A stretch of 64,000 bases of DNA, from NCBI GenBank assembly GCA_951406725.2, contig OX597838.1:15872001-15936000 (forward strand), given 5' to 3'. Numbering within the stretch: position 1 is the stretch's first letter; every line of letters begins with the position of its first letter. Positions 27,487 through 40,503 of this stretch are shown here, in pieces. This stretch comes from Octopus vulgaris (lineage: Eukaryota). The notes below the pieces were generated by a model. The model worked only from the letters and a program-made list of their open reading frames with translations. It was not told the DNA's origin and did not search any database. The position numbers were made by a program, and so were the translations under genes.

Positions 27487-27810
27487 TACATACATACATA
27501 CACGTACGTACGTACGTACGTACGTACGTACGTACGTACGTACGTACGTACGTACGTACGTACATACATACATACATACATACATACATACATACATACA
27601 TACATACATACATACATACATACATACATACATACATACATACATACATTCATACATACATACATACATACATACATACATACATACATACATACATACA
27701 TACATACATACATACATACATACATACATACATACATACATACATACATACATACATACATACATACATACATACATACATACATACATACATTACATAC
27801 ATACATACAT
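27427..27810. repeat. Compound (CA)n/(TACG)n/(TACA)n microsatellite
   Basis: Direct sequence. Confidence 0.97.
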
Positions 27811-27824
27811 CAGAAATATATATC

Positions 27825-28470
27825 TTTTATCTTTTATTTCGTTCAATCATTAGACTGGAGCTATACTGAAGCACAGCCTCGATCGAATCGACCTCATTAT
27901 TCATCTTTTTAAAACCTGGTATTTATTCTATCATCTCTTTTGCCTAACCGCTATGTAAAGAAACCAACTTCGGTTGTAAAGCAGTGGGTGGACAAACACA
28001 AATACAAAGACACACACACACATATGGATATATATATATATAATTTTTTTCTGAAGTTTCAGCTCATAGCTGCGGCCATGCTGATGCACCGCCGTTAGTG
28101 AGAGAAACTTATGGGGAAAGCGTTACCAGAATGTCGCCATTACCTTCTGCCGGAGCCGCGTGGGGCTTAGGTCTTTCGCTCTTAAACACACACATCACCC
28201 AGTCTGAGATTCGAACCCGCGATCCCTCGACCGCGAGTCCGCAGCTCTAACCACTAGGCCATGTGCATTCACACACACACACACGCTCATGTATATATAT
28301 ATTTATATATAATATATATATATATATATATACGATGAGCTTCTTTCAGTTTCCGTCAATCAAATCCATTTACAAAGCTTTGGTCACTCAGAGACAATAG
28401 TAGAAGAAACTTGCCCAAGGTTTCACGCAGTGGGGTTGAACCCGGGACCATGTGTTTGAGAAGCAACATT
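27825..28470 (-). mobile_element. Diverged SINE family A interrupted by a family-C-like SINE fragment (~28110-28272)
   Basis: A-type 3' half at 27825-28030 and 5' half at 28333-28470; between them GATTCGAACCCGCGATCC...CTAACCACTAGGCCATGTGC, a tRNA-like head. Confidence 0.75.
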
Positions 28471-29006
28471 CTTATTGAAGACTTATTAATATTGGATCTT
28501 TTACAAACTGTTAATAAAATACTGCTTATATATATATATATATGCGTGAGTGTGTGTATGTGTGTGTGTGTGTGCACGTGCGTGTGCGTGTGTGAAAAAA
28601 GATTTTCTTAAAAGTTGTAAACTAGTTTTTAAAACTCGTAGAAAAACAGAATGACCCGAACGTTTTGGAATGAAATTTTCTACAGTATGTGTAAGCGCTT
28701 TCGTTGTACAATTTTTCAATCACACGCATTGTGGGGTAATCCGTAAAGGGTAAGTTGTTTTTAGCATTGTTGTTAAATATTTACAATTCTGTTTTGGATT
28801 TAGAGTTCTTGTAAAGTATTCTTCTTTTGCCTTTCGACAATTAATCGTTTTCTTCTTTTATTCTGAAAAAAGAAATGTCTTGAGTTTTCCATGCGCAATT
28901 TTCATTTCCAGTTCACTATGGAACTGAATGAAAAGGAACATTTTTTTTTACATCCTGATAATTAAGGAAAATGAAACAGTCACAAACGAGCTCTACTGAA
29001 AAGACG

Positions 29007-29064
<58 letters not shown>

Positions 29065-29172
29065 AGTGTTTACATTTCAGATTTTGCCACCCATCCCACT
29101 CTAAAAGGAGCATCCTATTCAAAATGACAAGACGTGTATGCTCAATAGCTACGGATGAGAGAAACGACAGGT

Positions 29173-29342
29173 AGGCGCAGGACAAAAGGCTGTGTGGTAA
29201 GTAGCTTGTTTGCCAACCACATGGTTCCGGGTTCAGTCCCACTGCGTAGCACTTTGGGCAAGTGTCTTCTACTATAGCCTCGGGCCGACCAAAGCCTTGT
29301 GAGTGGGTTTGGTAGACGGAAACTGAAAAGAAGCCCGTCGTA

Positions 29343-29400
<58 letters not shown>

Positions 29401-29622
29401 TGTGTGTGTTTGTGTGTCTGTGTTTGTCCCCCTAGCATTGCTTGACAACCGATGCTGGTGTGTTTATGTCCCCGGTACTTAGCGGTTCGGCAAAAGAGAC
29501 CGATAGAATAAGTACTGGGCTTACAAAAGAATAAGTCCCGGGTTCGAGTTGCTCGATTAAAGGCGGTGCTCCAGCATGGCCGCGGTGAAATGACTGAAAC
29601 AATTAAAAGAGTAAAAGAGAGA
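29173..29622 (+). mobile_element. SINE family A, full length
   Basis: Homologous to 21850-22265. Confidence 0.93.
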
Positions 29623-29639
29623 GTAGAACTAAATATGTT

Positions 29640-30300
29640 ACTTCAAAAAACATATACTCCTCAAAGTCATGCCATAATCAAAAGAAATTCCAGTCTGTCT
29701 TACCGAGAAACCCTCACAATGAAGAGGAAAGCAAAAACAAAAACGCAAATATAAATATTCTATTTGTGTTGTCACCCATAAAAGACAATCATCAAATCTC
29801 TGAAAAATAATTGAAGGGATCGTGAATTATCAACGGCTGAAGACAACCACCAAATTCGAAAAGATTCTTAACAAAGATAAAATTCACATCGGAAGACGAA
29901 ACAATGCAGACAACGAACTGCGGACACCCTTGGGAGACGTGTGAAATGATTGAACAGAGAGCAAATAAAATATTCTCGAAGGCGAAGGATTTGAAGGCTA
30001 ATGCAGACATGAATCGCAAAAGAAAAGAATTTCTTTTTGCTGTATGATATGCCCAAAATACAATCATGATTACATCGGTCATACAGGATCAAAAGTAATA
30101 ACACCGTATGAAACTGTGTATGCAACAAATTTGATTTCATCTGTTGGGAATACTCCACGAGTGAACATCTAGACATTTGTGCAAATGAAAAATTTTAAAT
30201 ATCTCCTTGTTTGTTGATAATGGAGAAATAGTCAACTGCGAAAAGCAAAAGAAGAATATTTTGTAAAACTTCTAAATTCGAAACTAAACGGGAAATAGTC
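29640..30300 (+). mobile_element. Penelope-like retroelement remnant (linker and GIY-YIG domain)
   Basis: Plus-strand peptides CGHPWETCEMI, ANADMNRK, CPKYNHDYIGHTG and EHLDICANENFK with frameshifts. Confidence 0.75.
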
Positions 30301-30427
30301 AACGTCGCTTCTAAAATTAGATTCTTCTTATACGGATTTTTCCACGTGTATGTTTTAAAAATTGTCCAACGAAAGCATTTGCACACAATACGAAAACTTT
30401 ATCACAAAAGGTTGATAATATTCTGTT

Positions 30428-30642
30428 TTACTCTTTAGCTCCTTTACTTGTTTCAGTCATTTGACTGCGGCCATGCTGGAACACCACCTTTAGTCGAGCA
30501 AATCGACCCCCCAGGACTTATTCTTTGTAAGCCTGGTAATTATTCTATCGGTTTTTTTTGCCGTACCGCTAAGTTACGGGGACGTAAACACACCAGCATC
30601 GGTTGTCAAGCGATGTTGGGGGGACAAACAGACACACAAACA
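30428..30642 (-). mobile_element. SINE family A, 3' half
   Basis: Homology to family A. Confidence 0.9.
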
Positions 30643-31319
30643 AAAAGTCCAAACAAAAGGAAGGAGAGAAACAAAATTAACAGTTCAATAAAGAGTTGGT
30701 TTTTTTTTAATAAAAGATAGAAGTGAGAGCAACAGTTCAAACCACAGCAAAGACCACTTGGTACTCCAGGCCAAAATTTTAGCACAATTGTAAAACAGTT
30801 AAAAAATCATTTCAATTTTCTTCTAGGGACTCCTTGACAGGAACATTATTGTTGAAACACTATTTTCAAACAAAAAATTTTGGCAGGATACGCCCACCAA
30901 ACCAATAATTTTCACAATTAAGTGAATAATATTTTCAAATTACGCAGTGGTTGATTTTGCTTTTCATCCTTTTGGGGGTCGATAAAATAAGTACCAGGTG
31001 CACACTGGTGCCGATGTCATCGACTTAGACCTTCCCGCAAAATTGCTGGCCTTGTTCCAAAATTTGAAACCAATATACTACCACCAACACTACCATGCAA
31101 TTATACTAAAGCACCACTATGGCACTGACACCGTTAGTCCACCACCTCTGCACCAGCACATCTCTTCACCTACACAACAATACAACATCACCACAACCAT
31201 ACCAACGACGGCAACTCCACCGCAACACCGCACCGCGACACAACCACATCCCCAGACCACCGCTCTTCCATACTACAGTTGCGATCACCGCTGCAACATA
31301 ATGCTATCCTCCACCTCCC

Positions 31320-31587
31320 CTACAACTGCGACTACTACAACTAATACTACTACTACGACTACGACTACTAATACTAATATGACTACTACCACTACTACTA
31401 TTACTACTACTAGTACTACAACTACGACTACTACTACCAACACAACCACCATTACCACCACCACTATTACTACTACCACCATCACCACTACTACTACTAC
31501 TACTACTACCACAACAACAACAACTACTACTACCAACACAACCACCAATACCACCACCACTATTACTACTACCAATATCACCGCTAG

Positions 31588-31622
<35 letters not shown>

Positions 31623-31673
31623 AAACTACTACTACCAACACAACCACCACTATTACTACTACCACCATCACCG

Positions 31674-31710
<37 letters not shown>

Positions 31711-31760
31711 TATCACCACCACCACTACCACCACCACCACCGCTAATACTACTACTACTT
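31320..31760. repeat. (ACT)n/(ACC)n trinucleotide field
   Basis: Direct sequence; source of the poly-Thr ORF. Confidence 0.93.
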
Positions 31761-32552
31761 CATAAATATATATATATATATATATATATACAAGCATATA
31801 CCTGGTTTCAACCGTTATCCTTCCTTTCCCGTCAACCCCCGTCTCCCCGACAACCCTCCGCCGCTAATCTTCCAGGTTGAGAGTGTGCGCATGGGGGTAG
31901 GGAGTGGGAGGGGGCGGGGGAACACATCACACCTACCCTCACTCTTCCCTCTTGGATCTCTACCTTCTCATTTCCAACATCATCACCAACGTCATCGCCT
32001 CCACCACCGCGCCACCACCACCGCCACCACCACCACCACCACCGCCACCGCAATTCCTACCTAACACCACATGGCTTCACAGTAACATAAACAACGGTGA
32101 ATGCGGGGTGGGGGAGCGGGGGTAGAGAGGTGGGTGTGAGGTGTGTGTTGCGTGAGGTGTGGGTGGAGAGGGTGTAGGGAATGGTGGAGGGTGGGGTGGA
32201 GATTGCTGTTGTTGTTGCTGCTACTGCCGTTGGCGATTGTGGCTGCGATGGTGGTGAAGTTGATGTTGTTGTTGTGGTAATGGTGGTGATGATGGTGATT
32301 GTGGTGGTGGTGGTGGTGAAGGTGGTTTATGGGTGGGTGGCGGTTTTGTGGTTTAGGTAATGCGAGAAGAGTCACAAAGTGCTTTCGCGCCGTGCCACTT
32401 TACTAGTAGTGGTAATAGTGGTAACTCATAGTGGTAGTAGTAGTAGTGGACGCATCCATGGCCGAGATGATTAAGAAGTTTCCTTTGCAATCATAAGATC
32501 CCGGTTTCGATTCCACAGCGTGATATTTTGGACAAGTATCTTTTAATCTATG

Positions 32553-32623
<71 letters not shown>

Positions 32624-32631
32624 TTACATCC

Positions 32632-33446
32632 CTAGCAGTTGAGGGAACCCGTGGAAGAGGTAGACCCAGGAAAACCTGGGATGAGGTGGTGAAGCACGAC
32701 CTTCGAACGTTAGGCCTCACCATGGAAATGACTAGAGACCGAGACCTATGGAAGTATGCTGTGCGTGAGAAGACCCGGCAAGACTAGTGAAGCCATAACC
32801 CGTGGCCCCTACCTGGGACGTAGTCAGTCCACCTGTGCATACCTTCCTGCTTGTGACACTTGTGAAGACCTGTTGAGGCAAGTGAAAGTCAAATCGAAGT
32901 CAAATCGAATCAAATCAATATAGATGAACATCAATGGAATTTGTATCCTTGTGGTACCAGTGCCGGTGGCACATAAGAAAACCATCCGAACGGGACCGTA
33001 GCCAGTACCGCATCGACTGGCCATCCGATCGTAGCCGTTTGCCAGCCTCGTCTGGCACCTGTGTCGGTGGCACATAAGGAAACACCATATCCGAGCGTGG
33101 CCGTCTGCCAGCCTCGTCTGGCACCTGTGTCGGTGGCACATAAAAAGCACCATCCGAGCGTGGCCGTCTGCCAGCCTCGTCTGGCACCTGAGTCGGTGGC
33201 ACATAAAAAACACCATCCGAGTGTGGCCGTCTGCCAGCCTCGACTGGCACCTGTGTTGGTGGCACATAAAATCACCCACTACACTCTCGGAGTGGTTGGC
33301 GTTAGGAAGGGCATCCAGTTGTAGAAACACTGCCAGATCTGACTGGCCTGGTGCAGCCTTCGGGCTTGCCAGATCCCGGTTGAACCGTCCAACCAATGCT
33401 AGCATGGAAAGCGGACGTTAAACGATGATGATGATGATGATGATGA
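32632..33446 (+). mobile_element. 5'-truncated RTE-clade LINE: ORF C-terminus, 3' UTR with minisatellite, (GAT)n tail
   Basis: 32632-32787 reads LAVEGTRGRGRPRKTWDEVVKHDLRTLGLTMEMTRDRDLWKYAVREKTRQD*, an RTE-type end; ends GGACGTTAAAC(GAT)n. Confidence 0.88.
32955..33272 (+). repeat. ~63-bp tandem minisatellite in the LINE 3' UTR
   Basis: Unit GCCAGCCTCGTCTGGCACCTGTGTCGGTGGCACATAAAAAGCACCATCCGAGCGTGGCCGTCT starting at 33041, 33107, 33170 and 33233, plus a diverged upstream unit. Confidence 0.92.
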
Positions 33447-33467
33447 TATATATATATATACATACAT

Positions 33468-33637
33468 AGGCGCCGGCCTGACTGTGAGGTAAGAAGCTTG
33501 CTTACCGACCGCATGGTTCCGGGTTCAGTCCAACTGCATAACACCTTGGGCAAGTGTCTTCTACTCAAGTCTCGGTCTTGTGAGTAGATTTGGTAGACGG
33601 AAACGGAAAGAAGCTCGCCGTATGTATATATCTGTGT

Positions 33638-33697
<60 letters not shown>

Positions 33698-33882
33698 GTA
33701 TGTGTTTGTGTCTGTGTTTTTGCCCCCACCCCATCGCTTGACAACCGATGTTGGTGTGTTATGTCCCCGTAACTTAGCGGATCAGCAAAAGTGACTGATA
33801 GAATAAGTACAAAGAATAAGTCCTGGGGTCGGTGCTACAGCATGGTTGCAGTCAAATGACAGAAACAAAAAGAATAAAAGAA
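33468..33882 (+). mobile_element. SINE family A, diverged
   Basis: Homology to family A. Confidence 0.88.
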
Positions 33883-33892
33883 TATATATATA

Positions 33893-34298
33893 TATTATAT
33901 AAAATCCGTTCTGTCTGTCTGTGTTTGTGTCGTCTAGGATGTCGGGCATCCTCCATCTGATTGCGCTCAAATTTGATATGTAGATACCGACCGTATCAGT
34001 GCGTGTATAAGTCTTGAAAAAATTACAAAAATCGATTCCAGGTGAGTATGCGATCGATAAAGCCGTTGGAACGTGCATTTGTACGCACAATACATCAGCT
34101 GCTGCGATCGATACTACGCGTACGCGAGAAAAAGTCTATCTTTATTTCTTCTTTTGCTGGTGCCTCAAATTTAGGTTTAATCAGTGTTTCTCAAAGGGGA
34201 GGCCTATGGGGCGGTCGGACAAGTTGTTTTGAGAAAATTTGGTTTAAATGTTTGATAACTCAGCACCGGCCATTGGACGGGGGGGGGCGTTTTGCTAG
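33893..34298 (+). mobile_element. Non-autonomous Helitron-like element
   Basis: 5' TATTATATAAAA followed by (TCTG)n; 3' GC-rich imperfect hairpin CCGGCCATTGGACGG, then CTAG|T at 34295-34299. Confidence 0.65.
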
Positions 34299-34688
34299 TA
34301 TATATCTATATATATACATACACACACATACGTATATAGTAGAATACGAAATAGATAATCCTTCGTATGGTATTATATACTTGAAAAAAATTAGTAGAGA
34401 TGGCTTTTCTGATCATTTTTCCTACTTTAATGATTAGATGCTTATAAGTTTACAAAAGTTGGTTCTGGTAGGAGTTTCTCGCTTACATGTATGTCAAATA
34501 TACGTGTGTGTGTAAAAGTTAAGATATACTTAACGTTTATGCTTTGTGCATTAATATCCGGCGCTTTGAGAGAGTATTCTCTACCACGCCATATCGCAGC
34601 CTACCGGTAAAACCACGTTGTCTATACGTTAAGTACCTGTTGTTGATAATGTTTATTACAGTAGCACTGCTTTTATTTCATATTCGAA

Positions 34689-34719
<31 letters not shown>

Positions 34720-34729
34720 ATACATACAT

Positions 34730-35302
34730 GAGTGTGGTAAGTAGCTTGCTTACCAACCACGTGGTTCCGGGTTCAGTCCCACTGCGTGGCACCTTGGGCA
34801 AGTGTCTTCTACTATAGCCTCAGGCCAACCAAAGCCTTGTGAGTGGATTTGGTAGACGGAAACTGAAAGAAGCCCGTCGTATATATGTATATATATATAT
34901 ATATATATGTGTGTGCGTGTATGTTTGTGTGTCTGTGTTTGTCCCCCTAGCATTGCTTGACAACCGATGCTTGTGTGTTTATGTCTCCGTCACTTAGCGG
35001 TTCGGCAAAAGAGACCGATAGAACAAGTACTAGGCTTACAAAGTCCCGGGGTCGAGTTGCTAAAGGCGGTGCTCCAGCATGGCCGCAGTCAAATGACTGA
35101 AACAAGTAAAAGAGTAAAGAGTATACATAGACGCAGGAGTAGCTGTGTGGTAAGTAGCTTGCTAACCAACCACATGGTTCCGGGTTCAGTCCCACTGCGT
35201 GGCATCTTGGGCAAGTGTCTTCTGCTATAGCCCCGGGCCGACCAATGCCTTGTGAGTGGATTTGGTAGACGGAAACTGAAAGAAGCCTGTCGTATATATG
35301 CA

Positions 35303-35355
<53 letters not shown>

Positions 35356-35566
35356 ATGTGTTTGTGTGTCTGTGTTTGTTCCCCTAGCATTGCTTGACAA
35401 CCGATGCTGGTGTGTTTATGTCCCCGTCACTTAGCAGTTCGGCAAAAGAGACCGATAGAATAAGTACTGGGCTTACGAAAAGAATAAGTCCCAGGGTCAA
35501 GTTGCTAAAGGCGGTGCTCCAGCATGGCCGCAGTCAAATTACTGAAACAAGTAAAAGAGTAAAGAG
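34730..35566 (+). mobile_element. Two SINE family A copies head to tail (34730-35121, 35129-35566)
   Basis: Two consecutive family A bodies. Confidence 0.93.
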
Positions 35567-36549
35567 TATACATACATACATACATACAGTGGATTTTCCC
35601 ATCAATTTGCACGTATAAAAGCTGTTAGGCTACTCACACAGCTGATTTGTTTAAGTTTTGAAGGCTTGTGTGAGACCATCCACATGATTTGGCAATGTTG
35701 ATAGTAGAAAGTTGGTGCAGATGTTAACGAGCAACATACTTCAGGTTCCTTCGCACAGATTCCGCCCACCAAATTCACTCATAAGCCATTGTTCGGCTGG
35801 AGACTATAGTAAAATAAACACGTCCAAGGAACTGCACAGTGGGATTGAACCCAGAACCATGTCATTGTGAGGTGAACTTTTTAACCCCTCAATCTGGCTT
35901 TTAAACAGGAATGGAGATAAAACCATAGAAAAAAAAATTAGAGAAATTATAAAATTATAAACAAAATTAAAGATGTATAAACTTTTAAGACATTAAAATT
36001 GATAAACATAAAGAAAAGTGAATTCTTTAAAAAAAACTCCGACTTCACTGAAATAGAAAGTTAATTTTGGGATACCCTTTAGAACAACAATACTAATTGT
36101 AAAATGCTGTTAAGGCGTGAAACCACAAAAGCACATACGCATGTACACTCTTGCATTTGCATGTGGACATAACCACCACAAATAAATTAATATCCAACTA
36201 ATCATGGACACAAACACATGTATATACACTTCAGTGCGTACAATTACGCATACAAATACACTTACTATGGACCAACAAACGTACCACACAAACATACAAA
36301 GACACAGGTACATACCGACATTCGTGCATATACAAATGTACCCACATTCACACACGTATAGACACGCAAAGGCACAAGCACATACTAAGACACTGACGGA
36401 TACACACGAAGGCAAGAACACTTAATCACACAGAGATAATCATCTTCCTCGACAATAATAGATGCAACTGGCATTAGCTTTCTTCCATCAATCTCCGCAA
36501 CCTTCTAGCTGTTTTGTATAAATAACTCATTTATAATGGTGAATGCAGA

Positions 36550-36612
36550 CTTTAAGATGGCGGATTGTAACATAACGTAGGAGGCGCCATACTCTTGCTA
36601 ACTTCCGGTTCT
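36550..36612. promoter_or_regulatory. Candidate promoter motif cluster (YY1 and ETS)
   Basis: AAGATGGCGG at 36554-36563, GCGCCAT at 36584-36590 and ACTTCCGGT at 36601-36609 in non-repetitive sequence. Confidence 0.35.
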
Positions 36613-36756
36613 CATTTTTGACGTTTTTTTCTCTTCTTTTGTAATCATTTCTTCATTTTATTTCTTTATTTATCTTAATTATTGTTATTACATTATACAT
36701 GTGTATATGTGTATGTATATACATACACATACATGCATATTTACATACATACATAC

Positions 36757-36790
<34 letters not shown>

Positions 36791-37179
36791 CAAGGAACAC
36801 TGCAACCATTTTCTTGTATCAGGAAATCCCTCGACACTCCTGTTATGCACCACTATGGCGCACAAGAACGCTCCCTTTGATCCCCAATAAGCAGAGGTCA
36901 AACCGCAAAGTATATGTCTAATTCCTCAGGCTCTACCGCAAGAAATGATCGCGGTTGTAATTATAAACGTATGTATGTGTGTATGTAGATATGTATGGAT
37001 GCGCACAATTCTTTTTGGATGTACGCATCTATATACTCTTGTATACGTTTGCATCTGGGCGCTTGTATATACATGTCTCTTTATGTTTATAATTATGTAC
37101 TTCATTCAGATTCTAAATAGAATGTACCTGTTTATGAAAATCTCTATTTCTCTGTTTATGTATATGAATCATTTATCTT

Positions 37180-37680
37180 GTATCTTTTACTTGTTTCAGT
37201 CGCTAGACTGCGGCCATACTGGGGCAACGTTTTGAAAATTGTTTAAGTCGAATGAATCGACGCCAATATTTTTCTTTTTTTAATATATATATATATTTAA
37301 GCCTGATACTTATTCTATCGGTTTGTTTTCCCGAACTGCTAAGTTACAGGGACGTAAACAAACCAATGCCGGTTGTCAAGCAGTGAGGGGAGGGAGACAC
37401 ACAAATACATACAGACATGTATATGTAATATGTGTGTGTGTGCATGTATGTGTACATATAATACACCCACACACATATATATGTGTGTGTGCATATAACA
37501 CACACCCATACACACACACGCGCACACACATATGTATATGTATACATATAGGACGAGCTTCTTTCAGTTTCCGTCTACCAAATCTACTCACAAGGCTTTG
37601 GTCGGCCTGAGACTATAGTAGAAGAGAGTTACCAAATGCACCACGCAGTAGGACCGAACCTGGCACCATGTGGTTGAAAA
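37180..37680 (-). mobile_element. SINE family A, diverged
   Basis: Homology to family A. Confidence 0.85.
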
Positions 37681-37812
37681 GGAAACGTCTTACGTATATA
37701 TGCATGCATGCATGCATGTATATATGTATGTATGTATGTATATATGCATGTAATTATGTATAATTTTATGTCCTTTTTCACACCCACTTCGAATTCATAC
37801 ATATATACACAC

Positions 37813-37908
<96 letters not shown>

Positions 37909-38052
37909 GAGATAGGGGTTGAAAATTCAACCCACCATGGGATAATATATATCCAATATACTGCCAGATAGGTACCCAACAAGATTAATACATAGATGTT
38001 AAAAATTGTCAAACAATCAGTTCATCTATTGTATTATATGGGTAAAGGTATT

Positions 38053-38160
38053 CTCTGAAGAGGCCGTGGGGCAACCTTGTTAATGCCTCATTTATACCTG
38101 CCTTTATGGCTTATAGGTTAAATGAGGTATGACTGCCCTCACTGCCGAAACAGCTGTCAG
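38053..38160 (+). ncRNA. Hammerhead-like motif with long stem II and palindromic stem III, in a TA-flanked module (37907-38352)
   Basis: CUGAAGA-GGC...GCC-GAAA-CAGCUG-UC; stem II pairs GGGCA/UGCCC and UGCCUCAUUU/AAAUGAGGUA; stem I is only ~2 bp. Confidence 0.65.
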
Positions 38161-38351
38161 TTTTGATTTAATTGCATATTATATTTGAAATTTTCTACTT
38201 ATATCTCTTTATCTTTTTACTATTACTGTATATCTCATTTTGTATAATGCCTTTACTCATATGTAATGGTGTATTAAAGTATTGATTGGGTATCATCGGA
38301 TAGTTGATGTTTTATTGATTTAAGTATGTTTCTCCATTCTCTAATTTTGTA

Positions 38352-38403
<52 letters not shown>

Positions 38404-38674
38404 ATAATGCTAGTACCTAGTTACGTGCATTTTATAAACTACATACTTTCACACAGACACGCACGCACTCACACACGCAAAACAGATTCATATCTATACA
38501 TAAAAGTATGTATATAATGAAACTGTATTTGTCTACATACATGTTTATGTGTATGTATGAATGTATTTGTGTCTAATAACGACGCGTATATCAGTTACAT
38601 CAGTTACATATATCTGTGTATATACATACGTGCGTGTATGCACGTATATTTTTTGAACAAATTGCTACTTGTGC

Positions 38675-38751
<77 letters not shown>

Positions 38752-38952
38752 TGTATGTATGTATGTATGCATGTATGTATACACATATGTTTAACCATGT
38801 GTGTGTGTATCATGTGTGCGTGCGTGTGTGTGATACACTGATAAATAAACATCCGTGATTTACCAGATTGTTTAAACTCCGAGTTCCACTGGGTCAACTG
38901 ATCATCGGCACTGTAAATATTTGGGTTTGCGTGTAACAAAGATGTTATTTAC

Positions 38953-38971
38953 CAGCCGCCAGATGGCAGTG
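38953..38971 (+). promoter_or_regulatory. CTCF-like motif
   Basis: CAGCCGCCAGATGGCAGTG fits the CCNCCAGRKGGCAG consensus. Confidence 0.4.
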
Positions 38972-39015
38972 AGTCCCTGGTCGATAACGAACATATATAC
39001 GTATATAACATATGT

Positions 39016-39106
<91 letters not shown>

Positions 39107-39228
39107 CACTCATGGATACTTATACTATGTACATTCTATATATTTACATATGCATATAATATATATAGAGTGGGTGTGTGAATTTTAATATACATATATA
39201 GTTACAAACATAAACACATACACATATA

Positions 39229-39326
<98 letters not shown>

Positions 39327-39804
39327 CGGGAGAGAGAGAGGGGGGAGATAAAGAGATAGATAGATAGGTAACATATGGATATGTGTGTGAGTAAATATAT
39401 ATATAGTGTATATGTATATGTGTGTATGTATATAACATATAGATAGATAGATATATAGATGTGTGTGTGCGCACGTGCGTGTCTATAAGCTTTATGCAAA
39501 TGTTGACTGAACTTGTTGAATTATAACGCAACAATAATGGTGATATGTAACGGTTTCTTCAATTATGCAGTATATAAACAGTTTAATTCATAAAACAGGA
39601 TTGCTTTTAAATATATGTCAAAATCTAAATCAAAAATTATGTTACATAAATATATCTTCTAATCATTTCCCTATTCTGAAAAATAGTTGAATGCAAATCT
39701 GTCAATCTATGTTTAACTAGGATTGGCGTTGAGAAAACTCATTAAGAAGATAAATTACGTAGAACAATAAAAGAAGTTTTAGTTTTGCATAAAAATGTTA
39801 AAGA

Positions 39805-39976
39805 AGGCGCAGGAGTGGCTGTGTGGTAAGTAGCTTGTTTACCAACCACATGGTTCCGGGTTCAGTTCCACTGCGTGGCACTTTGGGCAAGTGTCTTCTA
39901 CTATAGCCTCGGGCCGACCAAAGCCTTGTGAGTGGATTTGGTAGACGGAAACTGAAGGAAGCCCGTCGTATATATG

Positions 39977-40007
<31 letters not shown>

Positions 40008-40226
40008 CTGTTCGTGTGTCTGTGTTTGTCCCCCTAGCATTGCTTGACAACCGATGCTGGTGTGTTTATGTCCCCCGTTACTTAGCGGTTCGGCAAAAGA
40101 GACCGATGGAATAAGTACTGGGCTTACAAAAAAATAAGTCCCGGGGTCGAGTTGCTCGATTAAAGGTGGTGCTCCAGCATGGCCGCAGTCAAATGACTGA
40201 AACAAGTAAAAGAGAGTAAAAGAGAG
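39805..40226 (+). mobile_element. SINE family A, full length
   Basis: Homology to family A. Confidence 0.93.
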
Positions 40227-40463
40227 AAATAGCAAATATCACTTTTCAAAGTCTTTGACAGAAGCCTACATTTATTATTTAATCTTTCCGATTCGTATAA
40301 TTGTTTTTAATCCTGTATATTGTCCCTCAAATAATGTTATTCAAATTCCTTCGTTTATCGGGCAAAAGTATTCACAACTAATGATTCAGAAAGAATATTA
40401 TGGTTCGACAAGAACACAGTGAATCTCTCATCTCTGCTTTGACTTGTATGATAAAGCCTATGC

Positions 40464-40503
40464 CTCACTGACGACGGTTTTAAAGACCGAAACAAGTCCT
40501 GAT
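40464..40503 (+). ncRNA. Minimal hammerhead-like motif
   Basis: CUGACGA-C-GGU-UUUAAAG-ACC-GAAA-CAAG-UC; stem I is weak. Confidence 0.5.

Noticed and set aside
30998-31797. Mucin-like poly-Thr ORF
   Set aside because: Starts inside a SINE fragment and runs through an (ACT)n microsatellite.
32955-33272. CRISPR-like periodic array with palindromic units
   Set aside because: Whole units repeat with no unique spacers, there are no cas genes, and the array lies in a eukaryotic LINE 3' UTR.
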